Below, in pieces: positions 1-10,775 of a stretch of DNA of 55,777 bases. The notes under the pieces are model-generated. The model made no database searches, was not told the origin of the DNA, and saw nothing but the letters and a program-made list of their open reading frames with translations. The DNA is from a virus (taxonomy: Duplodnaviria > Caudoviricetes): IMG/VR virus record IMGVR_UViG_3300018080_000215, positions 1 to 55,777 of that record; one strand, written 5' to 3'. A program made the position numbers and the translations under genes. Position 1 is the stretch's first letter, and each line of letters starts with the position of its first letter.

Positions 1-2848
1 CAAACCCGTCATCAGTAGGTGGCGGCGCGTCTTCCGGCACATAGTCGGCTTCCGCAACAAACTGGTCATCGTTGACCCCGCCGTCCCCATACTGCTGGCG
101 TTTCGCCAGTGCTTCCTGTTCGGAGGCAAGCAACGACTGCTCGTCATAAAGGTTTCTTTGGTCAGTGGGCTGCCGCCTGCTTTGAACGTCGGCCTCCATA
201 GCCCTGCGGTACTGATCGCTAGGCTGGAATACTGTGCCGGATGCCCTCTTTGCTCGGTCAGTGGTTGGCTCAACAGCCTCAAGAATGTTCATCGACGCCT
301 GAACATGAGGCTCCAGCCGCGCCGCCATCCCGGGGTCTGGCAAGTCGAGCAAATCGAGAATGAATCCCGCCACTTCCCTGGCGGTAGGTCGGCGGGTAAC
401 AATCTGCTGGCCTTCGGGGAACTGCATGAATCCCCGCCAGATCGGCATGAGGGAGTCCAGATTGAGCGGAGCGGCCCTGACTTCGGTCAACGACGCCTCT
501 CGCAACAGACGGTCGCCTCCGCTGGCAGCGGCAGATTTTTTTACGTCACCGCTAGAATCGAATGCGTCTGACATAGCCGCTGCTGCGCTGTCCACAGCAT
601 CAACTGTCTGCCCCGGCCCCCCGAGTTCCCCTACGGAAATGCCGCCATTTCCAGAGGTTGCCAGCATATCCGGGTCAACGTATTCGTTGACCATGCGGAA
701 GATTTTCTCCCGCATCTTATCAACGTAAGACTTGCCTTCCCGCAAGGCTAGGTCATCGTCTCGTTTCTTGGATTTAGCGGTTCGGCCCCCTGAACCAGGA
801 AGCAACTCTTCTTTGACTTCTCTGGGGTCATAGAAGTAGTTGGGGTCTTGCGTTAAGTCTTCGACCGGGGCTGCTGGGCCTGGGTTTTTCTGTGTCCGCT
901 CCCGTTCCCTTGCAGCCTTGAATTCTGCGTCGATCTCGGCTGGGTCGCGAGCGAAGCCTGCTGCGGGGCTTTTGTCAGTCAGCCTCGCGGGTTCGTCTGG
1001 GCCGAATGACAGGTTCTCCCTCGCGCCGCCGCTCTTCTTGAATTCCTTCTCGGCGATCTCTGGCGGGGTTGGGAGGACAACTTCCGTTCTGGTTGCGCGC
1101 TCCCGGGGCGGGGCTGCCTTGCCCCGCTTTGTAGCCCTGCGTTGCGCCCGCAGGGAATCTACCGTAATACCGAGTCGGTTGGCTTCCTCAACGTCTTGCA
1201 AAAGAATCCAAGCCAGCCGATTGGGCGCGTCTGGTGGAATGTCTTTGTAGATGCCGGTGCGACGTTCGGACTGTTCGGCCAGCCGATACTTCTGCCGCGT
1301 ATCGCTATCTATGTAGTTCCTTAGACGCATCACCTCGGGGAGAGCGTTGCGTCCTTCGGGAACAAACACATCCCTCGGGGCGGGCATCTGCCGAGAAGAC
1401 AGATCGCGGTTGTCGATAAAGGAATCTATCTCTGGGTGGGCTTCCATCAATGAGCCGAGAGCGGAGGTCATCGCCTCGCCCCGGCGGGTGGTCGGGAAGT
1501 CCGGGTCATATCGCGCTAGTTCGACATAGGAATCAATGATTTCCTGTGCCTGGGCTAACGCTTTTGCCGCAGGCTCGGAGAGTTGCTCTATATCCGATGG
1601 GGCAATTCTCTCAACGACGTTGGCGTCTGCCTCAAACTCTGGCCTGTATCGAGTTATCCTTCTCGTCTCACCAAAGTTTGGATTTGGTTCTACCCCTCCT
1701 TCGGGAGGATCGAAAGTAAACTCATCTAAGCGATCTTCGAGAATCTCAAATCGCCTAACTGGGGCAGTGGGAGCGGCTGTCTCGGAGGGTGCAGTGCTTG
1801 CGGCAGGCTGCCTGTCAAAGGCTGCGAGTAGTTCGTCCTCTCGCCTGTTGACTAAGCCCTTTTTTTCAATGTATTCCCACCAGAGGTCTGTGTTGTCAGC
1901 CTGTTCTGCCAACTCGGCCAGCCGCCTACGGTCTTGTTGAGCCTCGTCAATGATGCTCTGGCGGGCCATGTTGCGAACGCTATCGTCATCAAGTTGCGCT
2001 CGCAGCGTATCGAGAATGGCCTGTTTCTCTTGGATGAGGGCAGGCTTCTCGGCGGCTGGGGCGGCTTCGATGCGGAAGTAATAGTCAGTGTCGGTCGCGC
2101 GAATCGCGCTTTCTATACGACCCCGCATCAACTCGATTTGTTCGCTTACGCGGGGATCGACGGACGAACCCCCGCCTTGTGAGCCGCGCTTAGGGCTGCC
2201 TTCCATCTCCACCACTGAGCGATAGCCGCGCCTGATTTGTTCCTGGCTCCAGCCTTCAGGATCGGTCACTACGGAGGTGTTGTCTGGCGAAGCACCCTCT
2301 AAGTACACCAACTCGGAATCGTCCGGCACTCTCTCTCGGGTCGCCGCAACGTCCACCGACTCAATTGTTTCTAGACCGCCGTCCTCTATTGCTCGCCTCG
2401 CGCGCGAGCGGGCGCGCGCTTCCGATGTAGTGTCGGGCGAGAGTGAGGTCGCATCGCCAAAAACGTCCGCGACGATCTGGGCGTCGGCAGCGTCAAGCGC
2501 ACCGAGCAGGCGACTCTGAACCTCTGGCGAAGCGTTGGAGAAAGCCAGACCATATAGGCGGCTTCCGGCGTCGGGGGCCGCTCGATGCTGCATTGCAGCG
2601 GCGAGCAGCGAATCGGCAATCTGCTGGAGGCTACTTGCTTCCTTCACCTTCATTCGCCGTTCGATGCCTGCCAGCACCGTAGGACGCTCGACGGCAAGAC
2701 GCGACATCTCTGCGTCTAAGGCAGGGGCTTCGGCAGCGACGAGATCGTCCAAAGTCGCAAAAGGGCTACCGGGTGGTTGGTCGCCCACACCACCGCGTAA
2801 GCGGCGCGACTTTTTGCCGGAAGATTTTCTGCGCCTGCCGCGAGCCAT
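1..2848 (-). CDS. Large acidic protein, probable internal (ejected) virion protein; ~952 aa if joined across the window ends
   Basis: ATG at 2848 abuts the TAA of the upstream gene. Absent from the ORF track because there is no in-window stop. Reads ...VPEDAPPPTDDGF|AAG* if joined to 55777-55767. Lies in the ejected-protein cluster. Confidence 0.75.
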   Translation of the reverse strand, partial: MARGRRRKSSGKKSRRLRGGVGDQPPGSPFATLDDLVAAEAPALDAEMSRLAVERPTVLAGIERRMKVKEASSLQQIADSLLAAAMQHRAAPDAGSRLYGLAFSNASPEVQSRLLGALDAADAQIVADVFGDATSLSPDTTSEARARSRARRAIEDGGLETIESVDVAATRERVPDDSELVYLEGASPDNTSVVTDPEGWSQEQIRRGYRSVVEMEGSPKRGSQGGGSSVDPRVSEQIELMRGRIESAIRATDTDYYFRIEAAPAAEKPALIQEKQAILDTLRAQLDDDSVRNMARQSIIDEAQQDRRRLAELAEQADNTDLWWEYIEKKGLVNRREDELLAAFDRQPAASTAPSETAAPTAPVRRFEILEDRLDEFTFDPPEGGVEPNPNFGETRRITRYRPEFEADANVVERIAPSDIEQLSEPAAKALAQAQEIIDSYVELARYDPDFPTTRRGEAMTSALGSLMEAHPEIDSFIDNRDLSSRQMPAPRDVFVPEGRNALPEVMRLRNYIDSDTRQKYRLAEQSERRTGIYKDIPPDAPNRLAWILLQDVEEANRLGITVDSLRAQRRATKRGKAAPPRERATRTEVVLPTPPEIAEKEFKKSGGARENLSFGPDEPARLTDKSPAAGFARDPAEIDAEFKAARERERTQKNPGPAAPVEDLTQDPNYFYDPREVKEELLPGSGGRTAKSKKRDDDLALREGKSYVDKMREKIFRMVNEYVDPDMLATSGNGGISVGELGGPGQTVDAVDSAAAAMSDAFDSSGDVKKSAAASGGDRLLREASLTEVRAAPLNLDSLMPIWRGFMQFPEGQQIVTRRPTAREVAGFILDLLDLPDPGMAARLEPHVQASMNILEAVEPTTDRAKRASGTVFQPSDQYRRAMEADVQSRRQPTDQRNLYDEQSLLASEQEALAKRQQYGDGGVNDDQFVAEADYVPEDAPPPTDDGF

Positions 2849-3169
2849 TTACTCGGCCTTCTTCTTGCGCTTCTTAGGCTCTTTCTCTAGCGGAACCTTG
2901 GACATAGCCTTCCGCATCGACCCCTTTTTGAAGTCCTCTTCGGTGACAGGGATGGGGGCTGGCGATCCTTTGGTTTCGCTATGCAGAGAGGCCAGTTTCT
3001 CGGACTCCGATTCCTCCTCTTCTTCTTCGTCTTCATCGTCCATGTCCTCGGGCATCTTGCCAGGACGCTTGGCGTTGGACTTCATGTCGGCGAACACTGT
3101 TTCCCGCAAGATGCGGTCAACGCAAGAACGCTTGAGGTCACTGAGGTCGATAGGGAACGACATAGCCAT
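2849..3169 (-). CDS. Small protein with acidic tract and basic C-terminus, unknown function
   Basis: ORF tightly packed between neighbours; DDEDEEEEEESESE tract; KKRKKK end. Confidence 0.65.
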   Translation of the reverse strand: MAMSFPIDLSDLKRSCVDRILRETVFADMKSNAKRPGKMPEDMDDEDEEEEEESESEKLASLHSETKGSPAPIPVTEEDFKKGSMRKAMSKVPLEKEPKKRKKKAE

Positions 3170-3178
3170 TGGTTTGTC

Positions 3179-3658
3179 CTAACTGAGGATTGATCCGAGA
3201 ACGCCAAAGAAATTGTTGCCGCGAGACATATCGCCCATTCGTCGGTCTGTCTGACGCTGGAGATTGCTGATGAACTCAAAAGCCTTGTCTTTCCGTAGAG
3301 CGTTCTGTGATGTCCGCTCTGTCTGGTCGGTGTCGAGCAACAGCCTCCGCAGCCCATCCTGCTCCTCCGCAATCGCGGATTGGTAATCGAAGAGAGCCTG
3401 CTGATCGTCCATCCGGCGAGCCATTGCTGCGCTGTTCGCACTCGGCGCAGACGCAAACTGCTGTGCAGCCATCATTCCAGAGCGATATGCTTCGCCCGCA
3501 CCACCCGCTCGAATTCCTGCTTGCTGTGGCCGATACGCCCGCTGGTTGCCGACGAAAGCCCTGTTAGCCTCGGCATCGGATTTCTGCTTCCGCAACGATT
3601 CGCCGCTGGCGACTATCGGGCCGGAATACGTTGTGGTGAATGAATCGCGCGCGAACAT
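3179..3658 (-). CDS. Gln/Ala-rich virion protein (pilot/ejection-like)
   Basis: Likely start MFARDSF at 3658 overlaps the upstream TAA; helical Q/A-rich composition. Confidence 0.55.
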   Translation of the reverse strand: MFARDSFTTTYSGPIVASGESLRKQKSDAEANRAFVGNQRAYRPQQAGIRAGGAGEAYRSGMMAAQQFASAPSANSAAMARRMDDQQALFDYQSAIAEEQDGLRRLLLDTDQTERTSQNALRKDKAFEFISNLQRQTDRRMGDMSRGNNFFGVLGSILS

Positions 3659-4383
3659 TATGCGAATAGCCCTGAGAGAAGATTGGCAGTACCGGAGCCA
3701 GCACTGGCTCCGAGAGCGGCACCACCCGGGCCTCCGATCATGCCGCCCAGGAGCGCGCCGATGCCTGCGCCCGCGCCGCCGTATGTGCCTCCTCGACTCA
3801 TTCGGGCGGGATTGCCGAACCAACCGGCTCCGTAGCCGCCCGAACCGTCCGCGCCCCCTCGGTACGCAGTCCAGGCATTCCCCGCCGACGAGAGCAAGCC
3901 GCCACCCGCAAGCAAGTTTGCCATGTTGTGGGTGTACTCCAGGCTGGTGTTGCGGCGTTGTTCATCAAGCCTGTTTCGGATATTGCGAATATCCTCCCGC
4001 TTGGACAGATTGATGCCCCTCAAATCGTTCATGTACGACTCGTCCATGCCGTACCGGCGGGCGGCATCGGCCCGCTGCGAGTAGATGTCGGCACTTCGGG
4101 CCTTCTCTGCCTGCTTCTGGTAACCGCGATTAGCCTGTTCCATTTGCTGGAACCGGGCGTTTCCCCGTTGTTGTGAAAGTGCCTGGGAGTAAGCGTTTTG
4201 GGTTCTTGCGCCAGCACCGCCGCCAAATGCTGCGGGCTGGGATGACCCTCGTCCATACTGACGCTGCTCGGCGGCTCGATATGGGCCTTGCGTTTGAATC
4301 CTCGACGCACCACCAATGGGCGTAGTTCCTCTGCCCAAAGGCCGGATATTGCCCATCCCGGGGACGCTCACTGCTGGCCGCAT
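3658..4383 (-). CDS. Gly/Gln-rich virion protein with glycine-zipper C-terminus (DNA pilot/ejection-like)
   Basis: GAGIGALLGGMIGGPGGAALGASAG glycine-zipper; AGGTGA RBS upstream. Confidence 0.6.
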   Translation of the reverse strand: MRPAVSVPGMGNIRPLGRGTTPIGGASRIQTQGPYRAAEQRQYGRGSSQPAAFGGGAGARTQNAYSQALSQQRGNARFQQMEQANRGYQKQAEKARSADIYSQRADAARRYGMDESYMNDLRGINLSKREDIRNIRNRLDEQRRNTSLEYTHNMANLLAGGGLLSSAGNAWTAYRGGADGSGGYGAGWFGNPARMSRGGTYGGAGAGIGALLGGMIGGPGGAALGASAGSGTANLLSGLFA

Positions 4384-4407
4384 ACCATCACCTATTCCTG
4401 TCCAGAT

Positions 4408-4428
4408 TATGGTGTTACTGCAAGCAAA
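4408..4428 (-). promoter_or_regulatory. Candidate late promoter TTTG-N12-CCATA (copy 1)
   Basis: Intergenic; same motif and spacing at 42666-42686 and 45159-45179. Confidence 0.45.
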
Positions 4429-4442
4429 ACCGGCTCGGGTTG

Positions 4443-4805
4443 TTACCCGAAGACGATGACTGAAACTTGCTGCAAGGTGCCCAGATCGCCGTAGATTCGC
4501 ACAACGAACTCATCTATGTTCTTGTCGGGGTGAATTACCGCCGACATCTGCCCAGGTGCTAACACTGTCACAATAGGCATATATTCATTGTCGATGTTGC
4601 AGGGTTGCAGGAATCTGATGCGGTAATCCCCTGGGCCAATCGCCTCGGCTTCGACCGACGCAATGTTGTGGGAGCGAATGATGGAGCCATCTGCCGAGAA
4701 TGCCAACGATGCAATCAGAGAAGGGCAGTTGAGGGAGTCGCGAATCAACGCTTCGCGCTCGTCAATCCTCTGCTTCTCTCCCGGATCGTATGTAATAATG
4801 CTCAT
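4443..4805 (-). CDS. Tail fibre-associated protein
   Basis: SHNIASV...GDYRIRF...Y.PIVT pattern like tail-fibre C-terminal modules; position after tail genes. Confidence 0.5.
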   Translation of the reverse strand: MSIITYDPGEKQRIDEREALIRDSLNCPSLIASLAFSADGSIIRSHNIASVEAEAIGPGDYRIRFLQPCNIDNEYMPIVTVLAPGQMSAVIHPDKNIDEFVVRIYGDLGTLQQVSVIVFG

Positions 4806-5050
4806 TTTTGATATGTTTCCGCATACGATTGGGGGGATAATCCGTAACCATCTGGCTCAGAGAAATCGGCCCGCCAAGCATCCCGATACTTCATGTCAGT
4901 CGGAAGTTCGGAGCGGTCGATAATCCGGTACGGCACACCTTCATCGACTACCAGTTGGGCTAATTGATGCTCGTCAGTGATTCCGGCTTGCCCTACTGGC
5001 GTCACTGAAATGCCACCGTTCTGCTGGGGAGCGATTATGCAACGAGGCAT
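4802..5050 (-). CDS. Small tail-fibre assembly/chaperone-like protein
   Basis: GVPYRIID..ELP.D..YRDAW..D.S.PDGYG pattern typical of small proteins following phage tail fibres. Confidence 0.6.
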   Translation of the reverse strand: MPRCIIAPQQNGGISVTPVGQAGITDEHQLAQLVVDEGVPYRIIDRSELPTDMKYRDAWRADFSEPDGYGLSPQSYAETYQK

Positions 5051-5059
5051 GGCAGTGCC

Positions 5060-6049
5060 CTATTGATAGACTGCTAAAGCCACATACAGTGGATTGTAAG
5101 CAGCGTTGATAGCACCCTGGTTGGCATCATGGGCATGGTAACCAAAACCGCCCACAAAGTATGAAGGCGTCATGTTGGTGGCGAACAGGGACATTCCAGT
5201 TCCGAAATTGTTAGGTTGGGCGTAATGCTGATTACAGACAACGCAGTACGCATTATTGGGCAATGCCTGGGCGAATGTGATGCGGAAAGCACCCAAACTC
5301 GCATTGCCTTCGGCAGTGTATACGGCATTGAATGTGCTGATGGATTGTTGTGCAGACATATCAAATGCCGCAAACGCCACAAGGCGGCTGTCTGCTGGGG
5401 CTGGCCCGGGTGATGGCGACCCGTCGAAAAACCCGTACACATCTTGGACGGTGTTGTCGCCTAATCGGATTGTCTTCTTTTGCAGATTCCGCAGATTGAT
5501 TGTGAGTTCGGTGCCTGCGGGAGTCTCGTCTACGGATGCCGACAGAAATCTGGGAGTCTCTGTGCTGGCAAGAATGGGCAACGCTTCTAGCAGGGTTGTG
5601 GAGGGATCAATCCGCAGATGTCGGCCTGTTTGTTTTGAGATGGACAGGTTGATCTTCGATACTGCGGCATTGGACTCGACGTTGTTTTCTACGTCGATAT
5701 ACCTCCCGCTCTGCACCCGAGGCTCGGATAAAGGTGAGTTTGTGGTGACCGGCTGGCTGTCCCGATAAGGGTGATCTCTGCCTTCCCCTGCATATCTGCC
5801 CGGGTTGCTGGATAGTCTCTGCTGGAACGGAACAGTAGGCGAATAGTCCAAATTAGTCAGATCGTATTTCCGGCTGTCTCTGGTAATAAGCCGCAGTTTC
5901 CGGCGAGGGGTGGCGTCGGTTGCGTCCCGCCCCTGCGACAGGGTGGCCGTCGCCGCATTGCCGATTGCGTTGGCAAGCGTCTGCGCGGCATTCGCGGACA
6001 GACCGCCCTCAATGAGAGTCTGGACTAAGTCGCCACTAACTGTTGGCAT
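5060..6049 (-). CDS. Tail fibre/tail protein
   Basis: C-terminal GAFRITFAQALPNNAYCV motif; follows the large tail gene. Confidence 0.55.
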   Translation of the reverse strand: MPTVSGDLVQTLIEGGLSANAAQTLANAIGNAATATLSQGRDATDATPRRKLRLITRDSRKYDLTNLDYSPTVPFQQRLSSNPGRYAGEGRDHPYRDSQPVTTNSPLSEPRVQSGRYIDVENNVESNAAVSKINLSISKQTGRHLRIDPSTTLLEALPILASTETPRFLSASVDETPAGTELTINLRNLQKKTIRLGDNTVQDVYGFFDGSPSPGPAPADSRLVAFAAFDMSAQQSISTFNAVYTAEGNASLGAFRITFAQALPNNAYCVVCNQHYAQPNNFGTGMSLFATNMTPSYFVGGFGYHAHDANQGAINAAYNPLYVALAVYQ

Positions 6050-9000
6050 CGACTCCCTCGACTTCCAATCCGTACAGAACAGTCTTGCTTGGGGCGAGAT
6101 CGTCGGCGTCCGCGCTTCTAGCCTGAGAACTAAGTTCGATGGCGATGTGCCTGTCAGAACTGGACATATCTGTCAGCGAACGTCCCGCAAATCGAGCCAT
6201 CGCAACGCCAGTAGCGGGGCCAAACGGAGTTCTGCTGGAAACCATATCCAGGGTTGTCTGCGACGAATTCGCGTCATGCACAAAGCCGGTGCCCCTATCT
6301 CGCCGCATGGCATTGGGCCTCGGGCTTGTGTCGTTGTTGTAATACTCCCGCAGGATAAGCGTAGTGGAGGTTTCGGTTGGGCGGTAAGCGACTGACACTG
6401 ACCGGTCTTGCTGTGAGTCCCCGCCCCGGGTATTGCCGTCGTTGTTCAACTCCATTGAGCCGGTGCGAAGCGTCCAGGGGACGGTGGCTCGCGAGTAAAC
6501 GACAACTTCTGCGGGAGGATTACCCTGTTGTTCGAGAGTAGAGGGAACCCTGGCGACACTGTAGCCTAGCGCATTATCTGCCGGATTGCCGGTTGGGGAT
6601 GGCTCGATAATCAGCGGTTCGTTCGCGATGAAGACTCCAAAAATGTCAATGCCGCCATAGCCGTAGCCGCCGTCGATAATCTGAATTTGCGTAACCTTGC
6701 CTTTTCTGACAATTGCCTGGAACTTCGCAGTTCCACTACCGTTCAGCGTACTGACCGATACGGCGGGTGGATCGACATAACCACTGCCACCGTACTGGAC
6801 AACAACTTGCACAATGTCCCGAAACGCTGTGTCCCGCAGCCCTTCCAAGCGATGGAGGTGGCCGTCAATCGAGGCGTAGAGGGTCTTATCCGGCTCCAAT
6901 TCGTCCCGAAAGTCAGTAGCGCAAGTGAGCGCAGTGGGGTAAGTTTCTGTCCACCAAACCTTGTTGCGTATGTGGTAGCAAAGGGCGAGGTCGGGGTATT
7001 CGCGGGTAGTGTCATTGGTTACCACAAATACCCGCAGTATTGCAGATTGTGCATCGACCTTCAGGAAGAACGCATCTCTGTATTGGAGTTGCAGAAGGTT
7101 GTCATCGAAGAAGTTGCGGATAGGCTCGCTAAGTGTCTCGATGGCACCGCCCGGGGTCATGCTGTAGACCCCTCGCTCATCAACGGCATAGAGCAAATCG
7201 TCATAGATGTCCCAGGCGTTTTGGGACAACGCACCGCGATGAGCGACGAGATTGATGGTCGCGTCGATTGAGGGGTCAGTGTTATAGGTCAGGCTATAGC
7301 AATGACTGTTCTGCATTGCCAGCAGGAGATGCCCAAACGGAACTAATGCCGTCAAGTAGTCGGTAGCCCGCAAGTTGGTCTGGATGGGCAATTCGTTCAC
7401 ATCTGGGCAAGACTCAAATTCGTCGTATTCAGAGAAAAAGATTGTGTTCGCGTCTTTGCCTGAACTGGAAACTCCGTACCAAAGCCTGTCTTGCCAAGCA
7501 ACGGCCACACCCATATCGGAACGGGGAATTCCAAACCGGAAAGCATTCACCGCACCATTCGGTAGAACTACGGGCAACGCCGCATAGTTAGAGCGATTGG
7601 GGTCAAAAAGTTCTTCGTCAGATAACTCATCTCGTCCACCGTTGCTGATGGTGATGTTGCCATCGTTGATCTCGCCGTACACATCAGTGCGATAGTAGAC
7701 GAGTGATTGGTCTGCGGACGTTCGGAAGAACTCCACATAATCGGCGCGGCTCGGCGGGATAACCCCGTCCAACGTCCAGTTGAGGCGGCTGGCCCTCCCG
7801 CTTCCGTTAGCGTCGGCCTCGACGGAGGCGAACGGCGACAGGTCTGAGTAGGTAACCGGCCTTGTCATATCCCGGATGGTGCATGGCTTATCGGTGCCCG
7901 GTGACAGCAGGGGTCGTTCCAGTGTGAGAATGTTGCCTTGGACGCTCTTGATTCTCGCCATGTGTTCGATATTTTCTGCGTCCGTAATCTGCATTCCCGG
8001 CTTGATGCCGGTTGCGTCAGACACAGTGATTCTTCGCGAATTGTCGAGCGGATTGCTGGTGGTGTAGGTGGGCCTCGATACCACTGTTCTGCTGTAATCA
8101 GCAAACCGATAGGCGCATTCATAAGAACCCTGCATCGTTCCCCGCAGAACAGGGATCAGTTTCGCAGGGGTAACATCGGTGTATAAGACGGTGTCGCTAG
8201 CAAAACCGTCGCCGCCATCCAAGATGGCAACCGAGGTCACCGTCCCACCGCTGACGGTAGCCCCGAGCCGCAGGCCATACCCACTGCCGCCCCTGAACAG
8301 TATTTGAGGCTCGCGGTAGTAATCTCTGCCGCCACTCAAAATCGTCACACTACCGATGCGTTCGCCTGCGACTGACGCTGCCAGTTGCACTGTGGTGAAC
8401 TTCCAAACGTCGCTGTTTGTAAATCCGTTTCCGACTGCGTTTGGGTCAGTAAGGAACGGTGGTGCTTTTTGCCGCAGACGAACGTAGCCGACTTCGTTCG
8501 CGGCAGTCCAACCGCTGCCAGAAATCACCACCTTGGGGGCGTCTTCTGCGGGGCTTGTGATGACAGCACCCGGCATAAGCAGTGAGCCAGCAGTGCCCGC
8601 CGTATCAACCTCTTCCGCTTGCAGATAAAAGTCGGTGTATGAGGCTTCCACATCGGTGCCGCCGCGAACTTCGTTGAACCAGCCAGCCGCATTCCGAAAG
8701 TATTTCCTGCTCCCGGTAACTCCAAATATCCAAGTGGAGTCTAGTCTGCCGCCTCGATCTACAACCGTATAACCCGCAGCATTGAACTGGTAAAAGCGAA
8801 TGGCAAACTTGGCACCTTTTTCGAGGAAACTGCCGGGGTTGATGACTTCAATTGTGCCTGCTGCTATCCCAATAGTGTCGTTGTTCGCAGCATCGCGGAA
8901 ATCAACAATGGGCTGGGCCAAGTTATACCCGTTCGGTTGATCTGTTCCCACATGGCCCTTGCCCCACCATCTGGTGTATGAATCCTGTACGGTTGATGAT

Positions 9001-10772
9001 AGTTGGTAAAGATTGTCTCCATTGTCATTCCTTACAGTATCGGTTGTTAGCAATCTGCGGTCTTGGCCGCTCTGCGGTGTGTATCGGTTGCCCCAAGCAA
9101 TCCCCAGCGTAAGGTCGGGGCGACCGTCCGTATATTTTTCCTCGTCTATTTTGTGACTTCCGAGAGTCCAAGATTCGGGGCAGGGTGCGAGGTAAATGCG
9201 AATGACCGGCAACTGTGATTCCGCCTCTAGGGCATACGCTGAACCGTCAACCTTTCTTGCGGGTTCCATCGTAATGTCGGCGTAAGGGCGATCATTGTCA
9301 TCAAACTGTACTAACGCATTCTTGACTGTCCAGTTAGAAAAATTAGTCAGCCCGTTTTCTGGCCCCGTCAGGGCGTAATAGGAAATGTATGTGTAATCGG
9401 GGAAATAGTAATCCCCAGCGATGCGAATGGCCCGGTTGTTGCCTAGCCAATCATCGGGAGTTACGCCAATAGTTATCTGCTGGCTTTTAGCAAATATGTA
9501 GTTGTATGCCGACGCCCCAAGACCCCAAAACTTGTCGCGATTCGCATACCACATATATGTGAATCGGGTTGGTATGTTGTTGATTGGGGGGGTGTATGTG
9601 TTCTCAAAGTAGTCGTTGCTGGTGTACCAACCCGACCGCTTGTACCCAAACTTCACCGGAGTCGCGGTGTTGATGATGTTCGTAGTGAACACTGAATCAG
9701 TCGCGAAACCGGCGGGGTCTACGTTGCCGGTTTTGTACGATGCCGACAGTGGCGCGAACTTGAACTGCGCGAAGGCGTCTGTCTGCACAACTGCGTTATT
9801 GGCTTCGTAGTGCAGCGGGATAAGGGCAGTGTACACTCCGGTTACGGGCGAAAACGAAACGTCAACGCCAAATGTGGTCAAGCCTTCGCGATATGCGATC
9901 TGCGGGGCTTGGCCTGGGTCATGGAACCCATGTGTACTGCCAGCCGAATAAGAACCATTGAAGTCATTTGAGAGTTGCCCACCGTCGCTTTCGCGAAACC
10001 CATAGACTGCGGGGCTTTGCTCTAAATTTCCAATCGCGGAAAATCCGACGCCCAGTTGTTCGTCGCTGACTGCGATTTCGGGGACTTCGCGGTAGTTGCT
10101 ACCGCCATCGACAATATCAATTGCGACGATAGACCCACCTTGAACGACGGCCTTGAGTTTTGCAGGACGGTCTGGGTCGCCGCCTGACACAGTGATCTTC
10201 GGCGGGGTGTAGTAAGAAGTGCCGCTGTTGACAACATCTACGCGCTCAATGAACCATCCATCCCCACTTGGAGTCACCGTTGGGGCAACCGTAGGGGCAG
10301 CCAGACCCATCGGGACTGCCTGAGCGGTGTTGTCAACTATGGTGATCGGCGGTATGTCGTTTCCGAAAAACACATAGATGCTGCCATGCCGGTCTTCGCA
10401 GAATGAAGGGCGACCTTGGGGCGTTTGCGTTGTGCTGTAAACAGACAAATCGACTGATGATGTTAACGGCCCAGCATCAACGCGGAATCTTCTGAACAGC
10501 CGGTATCCGCTTGCGGTGTCGCCTGACTCGTCCGTAAGGTTTGCTGAAGGCCGGAACGAATAAAGAATGTCGAACTCGTTCGGCCCCCGCGATTGGCGGT
10601 ACACCGCTTCGTATGTTTCGCCGTAAGTGGTGTACTTGGGGGTCAAGCCGGGGCGGGGGGTCAGTTCTCCCAAGTTGCGGATTTGCAGGTTGTTCTGCAC
10701 CCGCATCACACCAGGGGGAAGCGAGAACTGGCTTGCCGCAGTAACAAGACCCTTCCAATCGCTGGTCTTCAT
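6036..10772 (-). CDS. Large tail protein, 1578 aa: nozzle/tail-tubular-B-like with inserted beta-rich repeats
   Basis: Nozzle-like segments (WQDRLW..., TIFFSE, RGALSQNAW, IETLSEPI) interleaved with V..GG.GY...P repeats; directly after the adaptor gene. Confidence 0.7.
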   Translation of the reverse strand: MKTSDWKGLVTAASQFSLPPGVMRVQNNLQIRNLGELTPRPGLTPKYTTYGETYEAVYRQSRGPNEFDILYSFRPSANLTDESGDTASGYRLFRRFRVDAGPLTSSVDLSVYSTTQTPQGRPSFCEDRHGSIYVFFGNDIPPITIVDNTAQAVPMGLAAPTVAPTVTPSGDGWFIERVDVVNSGTSYYTPPKITVSGGDPDRPAKLKAVVQGGSIVAIDIVDGGSNYREVPEIAVSDEQLGVGFSAIGNLEQSPAVYGFRESDGGQLSNDFNGSYSAGSTHGFHDPGQAPQIAYREGLTTFGVDVSFSPVTGVYTALIPLHYEANNAVVQTDAFAQFKFAPLSASYKTGNVDPAGFATDSVFTTNIINTATPVKFGYKRSGWYTSNDYFENTYTPPINNIPTRFTYMWYANRDKFWGLGASAYNYIFAKSQQITIGVTPDDWLGNNRAIRIAGDYYFPDYTYISYYALTGPENGLTNFSNWTVKNALVQFDDNDRPYADITMEPARKVDGSAYALEAESQLPVIRIYLAPCPESWTLGSHKIDEEKYTDGRPDLTLGIAWGNRYTPQSGQDRRLLTTDTVRNDNGDNLYQLSSTVQDSYTRWWGKGHVGTDQPNGYNLAQPIVDFRDAANNDTIGIAAGTIEVINPGSFLEKGAKFAIRFYQFNAAGYTVVDRGGRLDSTWIFGVTGSRKYFRNAAGWFNEVRGGTDVEASYTDFYLQAEEVDTAGTAGSLLMPGAVITSPAEDAPKVVISGSGWTAANEVGYVRLRQKAPPFLTDPNAVGNGFTNSDVWKFTTVQLAASVAGERIGSVTILSGGRDYYREPQILFRGGSGYGLRLGATVSGGTVTSVAILDGGDGFASDTVLYTDVTPAKLIPVLRGTMQGSYECAYRFADYSRTVVSRPTYTTSNPLDNSRRITVSDATGIKPGMQITDAENIEHMARIKSVQGNILTLERPLLSPGTDKPCTIRDMTRPVTYSDLSPFASVEADANGSGRASRLNWTLDGVIPPSRADYVEFFRTSADQSLVYYRTDVYGEINDGNITISNGGRDELSDEELFDPNRSNYAALPVVLPNGAVNAFRFGIPRSDMGVAVAWQDRLWYGVSSSGKDANTIFFSEYDEFESCPDVNELPIQTNLRATDYLTALVPFGHLLLAMQNSHCYSLTYNTDPSIDATINLVAHRGALSQNAWDIYDDLLYAVDERGVYSMTPGGAIETLSEPIRNFFDDNLLQLQYRDAFFLKVDAQSAILRVFVVTNDTTREYPDLALCYHIRNKVWWTETYPTALTCATDFRDELEPDKTLYASIDGHLHRLEGLRDTAFRDIVQVVVQYGGSGYVDPPAVSVSTLNGSGTAKFQAIVRKGKVTQIQIIDGGYGYGGIDIFGVFIANEPLIIEPSPTGNPADNALGYSVARVPSTLEQQGNPPAEVVVYSRATVPWTLRTGSMELNNDGNTRGGDSQQDRSVSVAYRPTETSTTLILREYYNNDTSPRPNAMRRDRGTGFVHDANSSQTTLDMVSSRTPFGPATGVAMARFAGRSLTDMSSSDRHIAIELSSQARSADADDLAPSKTVLYGLEVEGVDANS

Positions 10773-10775
10773 GGA

